From contig CM075993.1 in NCBI GenBank assembly GCA_038087875.1, forward strand, positions 2,048,001-2,112,000: a stretch of DNA of 64,000 nt, in the 5' to 3' direction. Source of the DNA: Malacoraja senta (taxonomy: Eukaryota). Made by a program: the position numbers and the translations under genes. Positions 1-11,523 of this stretch are shown piece after piece. Under the pieces are notes generated by a model that searched no databases, was not told where the DNA came from, and saw only the letters and a list, made by a program, of their open reading frames with translations. The first letter of the stretch is position 1, and each line of letters begins with the position of its first letter.

Positions 1-187
1 ACGCTAACGGCAGGTACTCGGGAAACGCGGTAAGCTCGGGAAGACTCGTGAAGATTTTTCAACATGTCGAAAAATGTCCACGAGAGCCCCGAGTACCTAC
101 GAGCGGCCATTACCGTAAATCTCCGAGTTCGAATCAGGGCAAACTCGGGAGAACTCTTGCATTAGCTCGTACAGTGGGACAGCCCCT
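1..187. mobile_element. PIF/Harbinger-type MITE, right part (cut by window edge)
   Basis: Ends in CAGTGGGACAGCCCCT followed by TTA. Subterminal sequence resembles the element at 20800-21158. Confidence 0.7.
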
Positions 188-254
188 TTAGAAAAATTTG
201 CCTGTAACGGCAGAGTTACAGCCTCACAGGTCCAGATACATGTGTTTGATTCTG

Positions 255-537
255 TTTAGTTTGGAAATACAGCACAGAAACAGGCCCTTCGGCCCAACAA
301 GCCCGCAACCGACCAGCGATCCCCGCACACTAACACACTAAGGACAATTTACACTTATACCGAGCCAATTAACCTACAAACCTGCACGTCTTTGGAGAGT
401 GGGAGGAAACCGGAGCACCCGGAGAAAATCCACGTGGTCACAGAGGGAACATGCAAACTCCACACAGACAGCACCTGAGGTCAGGATCGACCCGGGTCTC
501 TGGCGCTGTGAGGCAGCAGCTCTACCGTTGCACCACT
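255..537 (-). mobile_element. tRNA-derived V-SINE (HE1-like)
   Basis: Minus strand has a tRNA-like head (GGTAGAGCTGCTGCCTCACAGCGCCAGAGACCCGGGTCGATCC), V-domain-like core and CR1-like tail ending in AAACT repeats. Confidence 0.85.
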
Positions 538-649
538 ATATTTTTTTAAACTAAACTAAAGTCCTAGTCAAAATGTATCACGCAACTAAAAATTATTAAA
601 ATAGACAATCATGTTATTATCACAATATTGTTTGTAAGAGCTTTAGTGT

Positions 650-762
650 AATATGCCGTCACGATTCACATAAGGCTACAACAACAAGATTGCTAAATCC
701 AATTCATTGGCTGTGCAGCATTTTTGGGATGTCCTGTCATCAATGATGCTATATAAATGCAA
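650..762 (+). mobile_element. Old L2-tailed SINE/L2 3' remnant (Deu-SINE-like tail)
   Basis: AATTCATTGGCTGTG...TTTGGGATGTCCTG...GCTATATAAATGCAA resembles L2-derived SINE 3' tails; degraded. Confidence 0.5.
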
Positions 763-994
763 ATGTAATGTGCATGCAAACGCCAGGGGTTGTAACTCTG
801 CCAGAGTCAATTATATCTCTCAATGAGGCTGCCAGTAATCAAAGAGCTCTCTAGACATGCACTGTGGTAATAGCCTAGTGTCACAAGGTTCAGCATCTGA
901 GGAGCCTGAACATCAAATACTTTACACTCAACATTTTAATTCTCCGTCCCATTCCCACGCTGACTCGTTACCACAGCCACGTATGTTTTGTCGG

Positions 995-1388
995 TGTAGG
1001 AAGGAACTGCAGATGCTGGTTTAAATCGAAGGGAGACACAGAATGCTGGAGTAACTCAGCGGGACAGGCAGCATCTCTGGAGAGTGACGATTCGGGTCGA
1101 GACCCTTCTTCAGACTTCCCGGCGCCTCCCTTCTATCCCGGGATTCCAGCTCCGGTTCCAGACATCCCAGTTACTCATTTGCATATCTTTCATTCATTGT
1201 TCTTTTATCTCTCCCCATCACCGTCTATATCTCTCGTTTCCCTCATCCCTAACCAGCCTGAAGAAGGGTCTCGACCCGAAACGTCACCCATGCCTTCTCT
1301 CCAGAGATGCTGCCTGTCCCGCTGAGTTACTCCAGCTTTTTGTGTCTATCTTAGGTTTAAACCAGCATCTGCAGTTCCTTCCGACACA
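995..1388. mobile_element. Penelope-like element 3' UTR between inverted pLTR copies
   Basis: 995-1116 is largely the reverse complement of 1255-1388. The intervening sequence resembles the 3' UTR following GIY-YIG fragments elsewhere (57583-58420). Confidence 0.8.
1258..1285 (+). ncRNA. Minimal type I hammerhead-ribozyme-like motif in Penelope pLTR
   Basis: CTGAAGA-A-GGGT(CTCG)ACCC-GAAA-CG-TC: CUGANGA and GAAA core boxes, stem II, palindromic ACGU stem III. Stem I pairing is weak. Confidence 0.55.
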
Positions 1389-1596
1389 TTCAACCTATTA
1401 CCTGTTTCCCGACATCCACAGTTCCTCTGAGCTCTCGATGGTAAAATCCACAGGCTTTTACCATCATGGTTGGAATAAAGCCCAGAGATAAGAAGGAAAA
1501 GTGCGAGACAAGTATAAAAAGCCAGAGGGAGGAAAGAAGCAGGGAGGTGGGGGTGTGGAGAATGGAAATAGGTGGGAATATCGGCAGAGTAGGAAT

Positions 1597-2670
1597 AGTA
1601 GTAATAGGCCCCCCTCGGTCATGACTGACCATGGGTGATGTATCCTGGTCAGATGCAAGCCCGGGCGATGTCATATGGAGGACAGGCTGTTGCCCCATGC
1701 AGCACGTCCCCCCTCTCCACGTCGCTGATCGATCCAAAGGAACAGCAGGGCCGTTACAGTTTGGCACCAGCGCCGTCGCTGCCAGGAGCTGCCAGAGCGA
1801 GGTTAGAGATTAGAGATTAGAGATTCCTTTATTTGTCATTCAGACCTTTCGGTCTGAACGAAATTTCGTTGCCTGCAGTCATACATATAATAATAAATGA
1901 CAAAACACACAATAAACACAAATTAACATCCACCACAGTGAGTTCACCAGGCACCTCCTCACTGTGATGGAGGCAAAAGTCTTAAAGTCTCTGTCTCTTC
2001 CCGCTTTCTTCTCCCTCTGCGCTGAGGCGATCCAGGCTTCTGATGCTGTGACCCCGCCGGGCGACGGTAAGCCAGTCCCGCGGCCGAATCCATGCTCCGC
2101 GACGGGCCGGCTCAAACTCCGCGGCCCGGGGTGGTCGAAGCTGCCGAAGCTGCCGCCCTCCAGTCCAGCGGACGCAGCTGTAGTTGCGGGAGCCCCAGAA
2201 AAACAGGTCACCAACCTGTGACCTGCGCGCTCCCGACGATGTCGTCCACTGGGCCCGCGGCCGAGCCTCCGGATTCAGGTCGCCACCAGTGTCCTCGGTC
2301 GCCACCGCCGGAACGCCACCGCAGCCCCGAAGTTGGCCAGCCTCGCGCTGGTAAGTCCTGGCTCTGCCTCCGGAGCCTCGAGGTCGGTCGGTCGCTCGCA
2401 GTTGGAGTTGGAGGCCGGCAGCTCCGCCATTTTGGCCTCAGCGCAGACGGAGGCCAACAGTGTAGACAACGACGAACTGCCTTACGGGCTCCGACTCCGG
2501 ATTTTCTTGAGGTTTACTCCTGGAGCCTTTTCCATGACCGGATACGGCCACAAGCCAGTGGAGGTTTTAAATCAGAGTTTTCCCTCTCCTAGATGGACTG
2601 CCTTCCCAGGCGTGACGAGCCCCATCTGCCCAAGACACGTGGGGGCGGGAGCGTCTACCTTCCCCGCATA
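1597..2670 (-). mobile_element. Non-autonomous bipartite RTE-derived element (family B), split by insertion 1805-2460
   Basis: Minus-strand head GGCTCGTCACGCCTGGGAAGGCAGTCCATCTAGGAGAGGGAAAACTCTG resembles RTE 5' UTRs. The 3' end ACCCATGGTCAGTCATGACCGAGGGGGGCC is shared with family A. Confidence 0.6.
1805..2460 (-). mobile_element. Non-coding retroposon with GC-rich head and Rex1/Babar-like tail
   Basis: Minus strand begins with GC-rich sequence containing CAAAATGGCG and ends GAATGACAAATAAAGG plus AATCTCT repeats. Confidence 0.55.
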
Positions 2671-2710
2671 AGGGAGGGGGATTTTGAGGGGAGGGGCGGT
2701 TGTCAGAGGG

Positions 2711-2895
2711 CATAAGGTCATAAGTGATAGGAGAAGAATAAGGCCATTCGGCCCATCAAGTCGACTCCACCATTCAATCATGGCTGATCTATCTCTCCCT
2801 CCTAACCCCATTCTACTGCCTTCTCCCCATAACCCCTGACACCCGCACTAATCAAGAATCTATGTATGTCTGCCTTAAAAATATCTCCACAGCCT
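2711..2895 (-). mobile_element. CR1 LINE 3' fragment
   Basis: Matches the reverse complement of the 3' end of 4805-5255. Confidence 0.8.
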
Positions 2896-3278
2896 CGAAG
2901 GGCCGAATGGCCTACTCTACTCCTGCACCTTTTATCTATGTTTTGATTTCTAATGTTGCCATTTCATAGACGCCAGCTTGATAATATTTGAATACTGTCT
3001 CCTTCCTCCACACAAATATGCGCCAATCTCCAGTCAGTATTTGCATTATCTATATATGCTGAGAGTACCCGTGCATATTTACCATGGATGAGCCAACGGC
3101 CTGTCATCAGATCAAACACTAACAGAAGTCACCTTAATTGCTATTCACTCTTTCACTTCAATCACAAAGGCAATCCTTGGCCGCCATCCAAGTCATGACT
3201 TTTCAAAAGCATCAAAGGAACATTCTTGAACCTGACTGAGCTTGTTGGAGCAACAACTTCTCGATTTCACCCAAGATA

Positions 3279-3610
3279 GAAACATAGAAAATAGGTGCAG
3301 GAGTAGGCCATTCAGCCCTTCGAGCCAGCATCGCCATTCAATATGATCATGGCTGATCATCCAAAATCAGTACCCCGTTCCTGCTTTCTCCCCATATCCC
3401 TTGCTTCCGTTAGCCCTAAGAGCTAAATCTAACTCTCTCTTGAAAACATTCAGTGAAGTGGCCTCCACTGCCTTCAGTGGCAGAGAATTCTACAGATTCA
3501 CAACTCTGGGTGAAAAGGTTTTTCTTCATCTCAGTCCTAAATGGCCTACCCCTTATTGTCAAACTGTGTGACCCCTGGTTCTGGACTGCCCCCACATGGC
3601 GAACATTTCT
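3279..3610 (-). mobile_element. CR1 LINE 3' fragment
   Basis: Minus strand encodes the CR1 ORF2 C-terminus (TRGHSL..RGRPFRTEMKKNLFTQ) plus 3' UTR. Confidence 0.85.
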
Positions 3611-3629
3611 CCTGTTGGGACTAGTTTTG

Positions 3630-3885
3630 TTTACGGCGCCAGAGACCCGGATTCGATCCTGACTACGGGTGCTGCCTGTGTGGAGTTTGCACGTTCTCCC
3701 CTTGACTTTGTGGGTTTGCCCCCACATCCCAAAGGCGTGCAGGTTTGTATGTTAATTGGCCCTCTGTAAATTGCCCCTGGCGTGTAGGGAGTGGATGAGA
3801 AAGCGGGATAACATAGAACTAGTGTGAATGGGTGATCGATGGTTGCCGTGGACTGGGTGGGAGGAAGGGACTGTATCTTTCAATC
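3630..3885 (+). mobile_element. V-SINE, 5'-truncated
   Basis: GCGCCAGAGACCCGGATTCGATCCTGACTACGGG plus V-domain-like core. Confidence 0.75.
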
Positions 3886-4254
3886 AGAAAAACCTTCTAT
3901 GTTGGTTATTCCAAGTTTGGCCAAGCAATATCCATTAAAACAGTGCAACGAAAGCAGAACCTCCGTACCAATTCATCAAAGCAAAGTCTAGTTCATTAAG
4001 AGCGTCTGCATACTTTCAAGAGTGTTATTGTAGATGGAGGCAGTTAATTGTCTTAAATGTCCGCAAAAAAAACATTGACATGGGCTAATGAAGCAAATCC
4101 TGTCTCAGCCTGCGTTAACAGTTGCCAATTAAGATACTTTGTCCAGGCAGCCAGGGTTATGGTCTCACCTGGAAATCAACTAGGTAAGTAATTTGTCGTT
4201 CTCTGGCTGCTTCACTCACATACACTTGTGCGTTGTGGAGATTAAATCATTTCC

Positions 4255-4790
4255 ATCACTCAGATGCGCATTTTATTGGGCTTGGATTGCGAACAGCTCC
4301 AACCCAAGACCCGCGAGAAATTGCAGCGAATTGTGGACGCAGCCCAGACCGTCGCACAAACCAACCTCCCCTCCATTGACTCCATCTACACCTCACGCTG
4401 CCTCGGCAAGGCCAGCAGCATAATCAAGGACCAGTTGCATCCCGGCCACTCCCTCTTCTCCCAAATCTCCCATTGGGCAAACGGTATAGAAGTGTGAAAA
4501 CGCACACCTCCAGATTCAGGGACAGTTTCTTCCCAGCTGTTATCAGGCAACTGAACCATCCTACCACAACTAGAGAGCGGTCCTGAACTACTATCTCCCT
4601 CACTGGAGACCCCCGGACTATCTTTGATCGGACTTTGCTGGCTTTACCTTGCACTAAACGTTGTTCCCTTATCATGTATCTGTACACTGTAAATGGATCG
4701 CTTGAAACCTTTCCGCTGGCTGGTTAGCACGCAACAAAAGCTTTTCACTGTACCTCGGTACACGTGACAATAAACTCAACTCAAACTGAA
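4255..4790 (+). mobile_element. Rex1/Babar LINE 3' fragment
   Basis: REKLQRIVDAAQTVAQTNLPSIDSIYTSRCLGKASSIIKD..HPGHSLF; tail GTGACAATAAA. Confidence 0.8.
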
Positions 4791-4804
4791 CCTTCGGTAC
4801 ACCT

Positions 4805-5255
4805 GACATAGGCTAACCTATGATGAGCGTTTGTCGGCACTGGGCCTGTACTCGCTGGAGTTTAGAAGAATGAGGGGGGACCTCATTGAAACGTACAGAA
4901 TAGTGAAAGGCTTGGATAGAGTGGATGTGGAGAGGATGTTTCCACTAGTGGGAGAGTCTAGGACTGGAGATCACAGCCTCAGAATTAAAGGACATTCTTT
5001 TAGGAAGGAGACGAGGAGAAATTTCTTTAGGCAGCAGGTGGTGGATCTGTGGAATTCTTTGCCACTGAAGGCTGTGGAGGCCAAGTCAGTGGATATTTTT
5101 AAGGCAGAGATAGATAGATTCTTGATTAGTACGGGTGTCAGATGTTATGGGGAGAAGGCAGGAGAATGGGGTTAGGAGGGAGAGATAGATCAGCCATGAT
5201 TGAATGGCGGAGTAGACTTGATGGGCCGAATGGCCAATTTCTACTCCTATTCCTT
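4805..5255 (+). mobile_element. CR1 LINE 3' fragment
   Basis: LGLYSLEFRRMRGDLIETYRIVKGLDRVD...GYGEKAGEWG-type C-terminus plus 3' UTR. Confidence 0.9.
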
Positions 5256-5639
5256 AATAAACTAAACTCAAACTGCTCAACGTACAGTATATATCAGATT
5301 TCATGATGTATTATATGTGGATTTGACTTTTAATCTTGGAATTAAGAAGTCAATTGAGGAAATGCAGAGTAGTGCCAAACAAGTGCTCCATTGTTGAAGG
5401 CAGCAGACTTTTGGTTTAAAAATTGAACTCATATTAATATGTCACGGAAAGCTCAGCAGTTAAATTTATCAAGCTGAAAAATAAGATAATTATATTGCTT
5501 TTGCAAAAGATAATTTTCATATGGAAGCCTTCTTCCTGTGTGTATTGTGAGCATATCTTCAAGGCATAGACATCTAGAATTAAACCCAGTCAAAACACAC
5601 CCAGATGCATTAGTAAACTCAAATTCACGCGAAGTCCAG

Positions 5640-5883
5640 AGGCCGCGCTGGTTGGAGCTCCGACTCTGGCGATCTCGCATCCCAGGCTCCGCGGTGTTTT
5701 AAATCGAGCGCCGCCCGCTGCTGGACGCTCCGCAGCCACAGCTCCTCGGATGTTGGAGTCGGCGGTCACAGTTTAACGCACGGCGACCCGGGTAGGGCAC
5801 CGCCCGCTCCGTGATGGTGTCGTAGCGCTGCCCCGCCGCCGGAGCTGTAGTCCCAGCCGATCCAGGCAGGAAACGCCGCTCTG
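5640..5883. repeat. GC-rich retroposon fragment related to 34176-35019
   Basis: Shares GATGTTGGAGTCGGCG and CAGGAAACG(C/G)CGCTC motifs with 34690-34912. Confidence 0.5.
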
Positions 5884-5884
5884 G

Positions 5885-6200
5885 TAAATATATACACACA
5901 TGAATAAATAAACAGATAATGTGCAAATAAACAGATAATGGGCTATTAATGTTCAGAGTTTTGTTTGAGTTGAGTTTAATAGCCTGATGGCTGTGGGGAA
6001 GCAGCTATTCCTGAACCTGGATGTTGCAGTCTTCAGGCTCCTGTACTTTCTGTATCTGTACCTGTACAGGGACCACACTTACTAAACATTTCACTGGTTT
6101 GGGAAATCTTGAGATCAAGAAAATTGTCACGCTAGTGAGTGCTCCCGCTCTTGCGAAACTTTAACACAAGTAGAATGCTTCATAAATGCAACGGTAGAGT
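5885..6200 (-). mobile_element. Rex1 3' end fused to ~150 bp of unknown sequence (copy 1)
   Basis: Near-identical to 19863-20180, including the non-Rex1 portion. Confidence 0.75.
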
Positions 6201-6566
6201 CAGCACAACAGAATATAGTAGGCATTGACTACAAAACAGATCAGTGTGTCCATATATACATATACACACATAAATAAGCAGATAAAGTGCAATAGGCTAT
6301 TAAAGTTCAGATTTTTGTTTGAGTTGAGTTTAGTAGTCTGATGGCTGTGGGGAAGCAGCTATTCCTGAACCTGGACGTTGCAGTCTTCAGGCTCCTGTAC
6401 CTTCTACCTGAAGGTAGCGGGGTGATGAGTGAGTGGCCAGGATGGTGTGGGTCCTTGATGATGCTGCCAGCCTTTTTGAGGCAGCGACTGCGATAGATCC
6501 CGTCGATGGTGGTGAGGTCAGAACCGATGATGGACTGGGCAGTGTTTACTACTTTTTGTAGTCTTG
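6201..6566 (-). mobile_element. Rex1/Babar LINE 3' fragment
   Basis: RLQKVVNTAQSIIGSDL...PSGRRYRSLKTATSRFRNSCFPTAIRLLN. Confidence 0.85.
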
Positions 6567-6756
6567 TCACAGCAGAATTTAACTACCTGGTGGAAACACT
6601 ATGTAATGGGGGTAGAATTATCTTTCTTGCTTAAGGAGATGTTTTCAACTCCACAAACAGGGAGTTACTGAGGCAAAAACCCAAGAATAGAAGAAATCTT
6701 GGTTACGTTAAAATCATTCTTCACAATTACTTCCTATTAAATTTGGAAACTAAATT

Positions 6757-6930
6757 CCAAATGCAAATTGGAGGAACAGCATCTCATATTTCGCTTGGGC
6801 AGCTTACAACCCAGTGGTATGAATCTTGATTTCTCTAACATCAAGTAAGCCCTGCATTCCCTCTCTCTCCATCCCTCCCCCACCCAAGTCGTACCAGCTT
6901 GAAAGCCGTCTTGTTGAGTCTCATTGTCTG
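6757..6930 (+). mobile_element. Penelope-like GIY-YIG C-terminus and 3' UTR
   Basis: KCKLEEQHLIFRLGSLQPSGMNLDFSNIK*, matching 62724-62963. Confidence 0.8.
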
Positions 6931-6933
6931 TAA

Positions 6934-7047
6934 AGGGCCTGTCCAACTTGGCCGTCACTTACGCGACAGGCGGATAGTGACTGACGGGCGACAGTCGCAC
7001 GCATCATCATGCGCCCGCACAGCCGTCTGGAGCGCGTGACGTCATTT
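6934..7047. mobile_element. Harbinger-type MITE, left part
   Basis: TAA|AGGGCCTGTCCAACTTGGCCGTCA, similar to 16236-16420. Confidence 0.65.
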
Positions 7048-7141
7048 GAAGGTAGACACAAAAGGCAGGAGTAACTCAGTGGGACCGGCAGCATCTCTGG
7101 AGAGAAGGAATGGATGATATGTCGGGTCGAGACTCTTCTTC

Positions 7142-8040
7142 TCGTATTGAGGATGCTAGGAGGCTGCAAGGTGACTTGGATAGGCTGGGTGAGTGGGCCA
7201 ATGCATGGCAGATGCAGTATAATGTGGATAAATGTGAGGTTATCCACTTTGGTGGCAAAAACAGGAAAGTAGACTATTATCTGAATGGTGGCCGATTAGG
7301 AAAAGGGGAGATGCAACGAGACCTGGGTGTCATGGTACACCAGTCATTAAAAGTAGGCATGCAGGTGCAGCAGGCAGTGAAGAAAGTGAATGGTATGTTA
7401 GCATTCATAGCAAAAGGATTTGAGTATAAGAGCAGGGAGGTTCTACTGCAGTTGTACAGGGTCTTGGTGAGACCACACCTGGAGTATTGCGTACAGTTTT
7501 GGTCTCCTAATCTGAGGAAAGACATTCTTGCCATAGAGGGAGTACAGAGAAGGTTCACCAGACTGATTCCTGGGATGTCAGGACTTTCATATGAAGAAAG
7601 ACTGGATAGACTCGGCTTGTACATGCTAGAATTTAGAAGATTGAGGGGGGATCTCATAGAAACTTACAAAATTCTTAAAGGGTTGGACAGGCTACATGCA
7701 GGAAGATTATTCCCGATGTTGGGGAAGTCCAGAACTAGGGGTCACAGTTTAAGGATAAGAGGGAAGTCTTTTAGGACCGAGATGAGAAAATCATTTTTTA
7801 CACAGAGAGTGGTGAATCTGTGGAATTCTCTGCCACAGAAGGTAGTTGAGGCCAGTTCATTGGCTATATTTAAGAGGGAGTTAGATGTGGCCCTTGTGGC
7901 TAAAGGGATCAGGGGGTATGGAGAGAAGGCAGGGATGGGATACTGAGTTGGATGATCAGCCATGATCATATCGAATGGCGGTGCAGGCTCGAAGGGCCGA
8001 ATGGCCTACTCCTGCACCTATTTTCTATGTTTCTATGTTT
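7142..8040 (+). mobile_element. CR1 LINE, 5'-truncated, open ORF2 C-terminal ~265 codons (stop 7946)
   Basis: LQGDLDRLGEWANAWQMQYNVDKCEVIHFG...LVRPHLEYCVQFWSP...RRLRGDLIETYKIL; TTTCTATG tail. Flanked by inverted pLTR arms 7048-7141 and 8041-8140. Confidence 0.95.
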
Positions 8041-8044
8041 CAGT

Positions 8045-8072
8045 CTGAAGAAGGGTCTCGACCCGAAACGTC
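8045..8072 (+). ncRNA. Hammerhead-like motif, intact core
   Basis: CTGAAGAAGGGTCTCGACCCGAAACGTC. Confidence 0.55.
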
Positions 8073-8654
8073 ACCCATTGCTTCTCTCCAGAGATGCTGC
8101 CTGTCCCGCTGAGTTACTCCTGCTTTTTATGTCTATCTTCCAAAGCTGAGACGCCCAAATTTGATGAAGTCTGACTAGCCATCGTGCCATTTTATTGTAA
8201 TAAATACTAAATTGTTTACGGCAACAGGAATCACTGCTAATACGTTGGCGATTTCACAAAGGCATTATGTTTTGCGGATGATTTTCTGTAATTTTATGGT
8301 GGATTTACTGCTGAGGTCCAGGATTTACTGTGTTTAGATATTTCTAACTAGTGATGGAATAATAAAGATCCTCTCTGTGAACAAGCAGAGGTGCAAGTGT
8401 CACGTTAATCTTGACATTGATTATTCGTCACCTTGTCTGGCAAGAAGTTACAGTACATGGGCACCATCTGTGAAACTGGAGTAATTATCACTCAGCTTAA
8501 TCACCTGCTGGAGGAACTTAACCTACACGAGCATGCAGTGATTTAGGAGAGATAGGAGCCACTTGGCCCATCGTGTCCATACTAGCTCTTCAATGCTATG
8601 TAATAAATTCCATCCTACTACACTCTCCCAATTTAGTTCAATTTAGTTTATTGT

Positions 8655-8981
8655 GTGAAGAAGGGTTTCGGCCCGAAACGTTGCCTATTTCCTTCGCTCC
8701 ATAGATGCTGCTGCACCCGCTGAGTTTCTCCAGCATTTTTGTGTACCTGCTGGAGAAACTCAGCGGGTGCAGCAGCATCTATGGAGCGAAGGAAATAGGC
8801 AACGTTTCGGGCCGAAACCCTGAAGGAAATAGGCAACGTTTCGGGACGAAACCCGGAAGGGTTTCGGGCCGAAACGTTGCCTATTTCCTTCGCTCCATAG
8901 ATGCTGCTGCACCCGCTGAGTTTCCCCAGCATTTTTGTGTACCTTCGATTTTCCAGCATCTGCAGTTCCTTCTTAAACAAA
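8655..8981. mobile_element. pLTR-only fold-back element
   Basis: Direct and inverted pLTR segments; TSD TAGTTTATTGT at 8644-8654 and 8982-8992. Confidence 0.8.
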
Positions 8982-9000
8982 TAGTTTATTGTCACGTGTG

Positions 9001-9330
9001 CTGAGACCCTGGTTCGATCCTGACTGTGGGTGCTGTCTGTGCGGAGTTTGTACGTTCTCCCCGAGACCTGCGTGGGTTTTCACCGGGAGCCCCGGTCTCC
9101 TCCCACACTCCAAAGACGTGCAGGTTTGCAGGTTGATTGGATGGTATAATGTAAAAAATTGTCCCTAGTGTGTGAAGGGTGGTGTTGATGTGTGGGGATC
9201 GCTCAGACTGAAGAAGGGTCTCGACCTGAGACGTCGCCCATTCCTTCTCTCCAGAGATGCTGCCTGAGTTACTCCAGCATTTTATGTCTATCTTCGGTTT
9301 AAACCAGCATCTGCAGTTCATTTCCTACAC
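9001..9330 (+). mobile_element. V-SINE fragment (9001-9203) followed by pLTR copy
   Basis: V-domain core, then CTGAAGAAGGGTCTCGACC...CATCTGCAGTTC. Confidence 0.7.
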
Positions 9331-9968
9331 TGTAGTGTTCCATGTATCACCATTTCATCTGCACATTTTGCAAGAAGCAATTTTTGTTTTCATTCGATAT
9401 AAAAAGTAGAGTGAATTCAATTTTAGATACTGATCCAGCCAAATATAACTTGGAGCATATGGAGATGACATGTTCTAATGGTCTTGTGTTTAGCACGTCT
9501 AGCTGGCTTGCAGTCTTTACCAAAGTCCCAGAGCTAGACAGATCTATTAAGGTGATGTGTGCGCGGAAACTCTGAACAGAGATTGAAAGGACTGAGCATT
9601 CATGTCTAAACTATTCGAGGCAGAGTAGCGTCTCACCAATTCCTGATTGCCGTAATCAAGGGAAATTATTCAGTCTTGTTGCTTTAACCTGGACCGAGCT
9701 CTCAGTGTCAAAGCTCATCTTGTCAGGAGAGCTCGGAATTCCTTTCCCGGTGAAGCTTGAACGGGTCAACATTGATGTTACCTGAGGAACCTGGTCTGCT
9801 TTGATGGTCTGCCTCCTAAATGAAGAGCTACTTTCGGAAGTGGCTAGATAGCTTTGGACAGCAATGTTAGGTAAATTTGAGCCCCTGTGATGTGCCCTCT
9901 ATGTAGCAATATAACCCTCAACGTGCCAAATGGCAGAGGCAGCACTAAAGGAAATGTGGCATGAGATA

Positions 9969-10263
9969 TGGCACGGTGGCACAGCGGTAGAGTTGCTGCC
10001 TCACAGCGCCAGAGACCCAGGTTTGATCCTGACTACGGGTGCTGTCTGTGCGGAGTTTGTACGTCCACCTGCGTGGGTTTTCTCCAGGAGCTCCGGTTTC
10101 CTCCAAAACTCCAAACATGTAGGTTCATTGGCTCCGGGTAAAATTGTAGATTGTCCCTAGTGTGTGTTGGCTGGTGTTAGTGTGCGGGGATCGCTGGTCA
10201 GCGCGGACTCGGTGGGCCGAAGGGATGGTTTCTGCTCTGTATCTCTAAGCTAAACTAAACTAA
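9969..10263 (+). mobile_element. V-SINE, near full length
   Basis: GGCACGGTGGCACAGCGGTAGAGTTGCTGCCTCACAGC head to CTAAA-repeat tail. Confidence 0.9.
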
Positions 10264-10464
10264 CGTGAGCAAATACTTGCCTGCTGCTCACTAGCTGACA
10301 TGTGTAATACTTACAATGACATGAGTGGAGGCCATTCGGCCCGTCGTGGCCATTCTGACACCGAGTGAGAAATGCTACCCTTCTTACCTTCCATGCTTGT
10401 CATCTCCCTCTGATCCACTCACCTACATTAAGTGGTGATGTACAGCAGCTCATTAACCTACCAA

Positions 10465-11193
10465 AAAAAGACACAAAGTGCTGGGGTTACTTAGCGGGTC
10501 AGGCAGCATCTCTGGAGAACAAGGCGAGGTGACGTTTCGGGTCGGGACCCTTTTTCAGAATCTGAAGTAGGATCCCGACCTGATACGTCACCTATCCATG
10601 TTCTCCAAAGATGCTGCCTGACCCGCTGAGTTACTCCAGCACTCTGTGAAACGTCACCTATCCATGTTCTCCACAGATGCTGCCTGACCCGCTGAGTTAC
10701 TCCAGCACTCTGTGAAACGTCACCTATCAATGTTCTCCACAGATGCTGCCTGACCCGCTGAGTTACTCCAGCACTCTGTGAAACGTCACCTATCCATGTT
10801 CCGGCAGCATCTATAGGGCGAAGGAAATAGGCAACGTTTCGGTCCGAAACCCTTCCGGGTTTCGGCCCAAAACGTTGCCTATTTCCTTCAGGGTTTCGGC
10901 CCGAAAGGTTGCCCATTTCCTTCGCTCCACAGATGCTGCCTGACCTGCTGAGTTACTCCAGCACTCTGTGAAACGTCACCTATCCATGTTCTCCACAGAT
11001 GCTGCCCGACCCGCTGAGTTACTCCAGCACTCTGTGAAACCTCACCTATCCATGTTCTCCACAGATGCTGCCTGACCCGCTGAGTTACTCCAGCACTCTG
11101 TGAAACGTCACCTATCCATGTTCTCCACAGATGCTGCCTGACCCGCTGAGTTACTCTGTCACTTTGCGACTTAATTTGTAAACCAGCATCTGC
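10465..11193. repeat. pLTR-derived tandem array, 66-bp units with one 190-bp composite unit
   Basis: GAAACGTCACCTATCC unit starts at 10648, 10714, 10780, 10970, 11036, 11102; preceded by an inverted pLTR arm. Confidence 0.9.
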
Positions 11194-11194
11194 C

Positions 11195-11523
11195 GTTTAG
11201 TTTGGTTCAGTTTAGTTTAGTTTCGAGATTCAGTGCGGAAACAGGCCCTTCCGCCCACCGGGTCCGCGCTGACCAGCGATCCGCGCACCTTAACACTATA
11301 CCACACGCTCGGGACAATTTTTACACATACACCAAGCCAATTAACCTACAAACCTGTAGGTCTTTGGAGTGTGGGAGGAAACCGAAGATCTCGGAGAAAA
11401 CCCACTCAAGTCACGGGGAGTACGTGCAAACTCCGTACAGACAGCACCCGTAGTCGGCATCGAACTCGGGTCTCCGGCGCTGCATTCGCTGTAAGGCAGC
11501 AACCCTACCGCTGCGCCACCGTG
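11195..11523 (-). mobile_element. V-SINE, full length
   Basis: Complete head, core and tail on the minus strand. Confidence 0.9.

Noticed and set aside
9969..10045. tRNA-like sequence with A and B boxes
   Set aside because: It is the head of a multi-copy SINE continuing into core and tail, not a tRNA gene.
10648..11156. Each tandem unit as a complete hammerhead (classical retrozyme array)
   Set aside because: Internal 66-, 190- and 49-bp units keep GAAACGTC but lack the CUGANGA box.
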